A stretch of 64,000 nucleotides of DNA from Epithemia pelagica. Lineage: Eukaryota > Protista > Bacillariophyta. The notes beneath the pieces are model-generated. The model searched no databases. It was not told where the DNA came from and saw nothing but the letters and a program-made list of their open reading frames with translations. The stretch covers positions 1,984,001 to 2,048,000 of the forward strand of contig OX337233.1 of assembly GCA_946965045.2 (NCBI GenBank), in the 5' to 3' direction. Made by a program: the position numbers and the translations under genes. Of the stretch, positions 63,387-64,000 are shown one piece after another; within the stretch, counting starts at the first letter, position 1; the number at the start of each line of letters is the position of its first letter.

Positions 63387-63812
63387 GATGGCGGTGGTAC
63401 GGCCAACAATCTCATAATGCAATTTCAAGCCGACATGCTCAATATTTCCGTGGTCAAACCCAAAATCAAGGAAACCACGTCGCTTGGTGTCGCCTTTTGT
63501 GCCGGATTGGCCATGCGAGTTTGGGACAGTATCGATGAAATAAAAACCTTGTGGGCCGTGTCCCAAAGCTACCTGCCCCGCATGACGGAGACGGAACGAC
63601 ACCGCAATTGGAGTGGATGGAACAAAGCGGTTTTGAAAAGTCTGGGGTGGATCGATCACAAAGACGAGGAGGAACAAACCGACAAGAGACTACGACTACC
63701 GCCCGAGTGGAGCAATTCACCCGTGGCAATCGGAACCGGTTCCTCCAGAACTGGTTTGGTGCTGGCTGGCTTTTTGGAGTCGTCGATGTGGTTGCTGCTC
63801 ATGACCGAATGA
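63387..63812 (+). pseudogene. 5'-truncated glycerol kinase (FGGY C-terminal) fragment
   Basis: DGGGTANNLIMQFQADML...ETTSLGVAFCAGLA...W...WNKAVLKSLGW; the upstream in-frame sequence is not kinase-like. Confidence 0.7.
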
Positions 63813-64000
63813 CTCTTGCCATTCTTGGCTGCCGGAATCGCCTTGTTCTTGATGGGTTTCTGTGGCACTTCTTGCCGCAGACAAGACGGCTGTGGTGTCA
63901 TCAAACGACTCTTGTCGTTGATGTTGTCGTGGTCGTTGTTGCGGCTGTGGTGCTTCTTGGTGACTTGGACGTCGTTGTGTCGGTTGTGGTGCTTGTTGTT

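Overview
Eukaryotic nuclear DNA, most likely from a pennate diatom (short GT-AG introns, bipartite plastid-targeting leaders, PGR5, diatom-type Copia elements). About 18-20 host genes or gene fragments are present: PZP-type PHD protein, NAA10, DUF1769/DUF547 protein, ABC1 kinase, NDUFA12, RED-like, Pol lambda-like, MCM5, hotdog thioesterase, PGR5 and others. They are interleaved with five transposons whose ends I located by eye. (1) A full-length Copia element, 206-6593, has a 6-bp TSD, two in-frame UGA stops between gag and pol, and a PBS resembling the D-arm rather than the 3' end of initiator tRNA-Met. (2) A ~1.45-kb non-autonomous TIR element, 22133-29879, hosts (3) a second Copia, 22694-28982, with CA...TG LTR termini, an in-frame UGA between gag and pol, and a chromodomain-like module. 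(4) A complete hAT transposon, 40664-47274, with an 8-bp TSD carries its transposase plus an intact Endonuclease III/NTH1-like HhH-GPD DNA glycosylase, and is inserted 13 bp upstream of the Pol lambda-like start codon. (5) A Harbinger-like MITE spans 47467-48251. There is also a ~200-nt rod-like hairpin with periodic TCCTCGTC loops (7706-7914) and a higher-order CpG-rich minisatellite (48721-49058). The glycosylase-carrying hAT is the best candidate for an undescribed system. All homology calls are by motif recognition only; no database searches were run.
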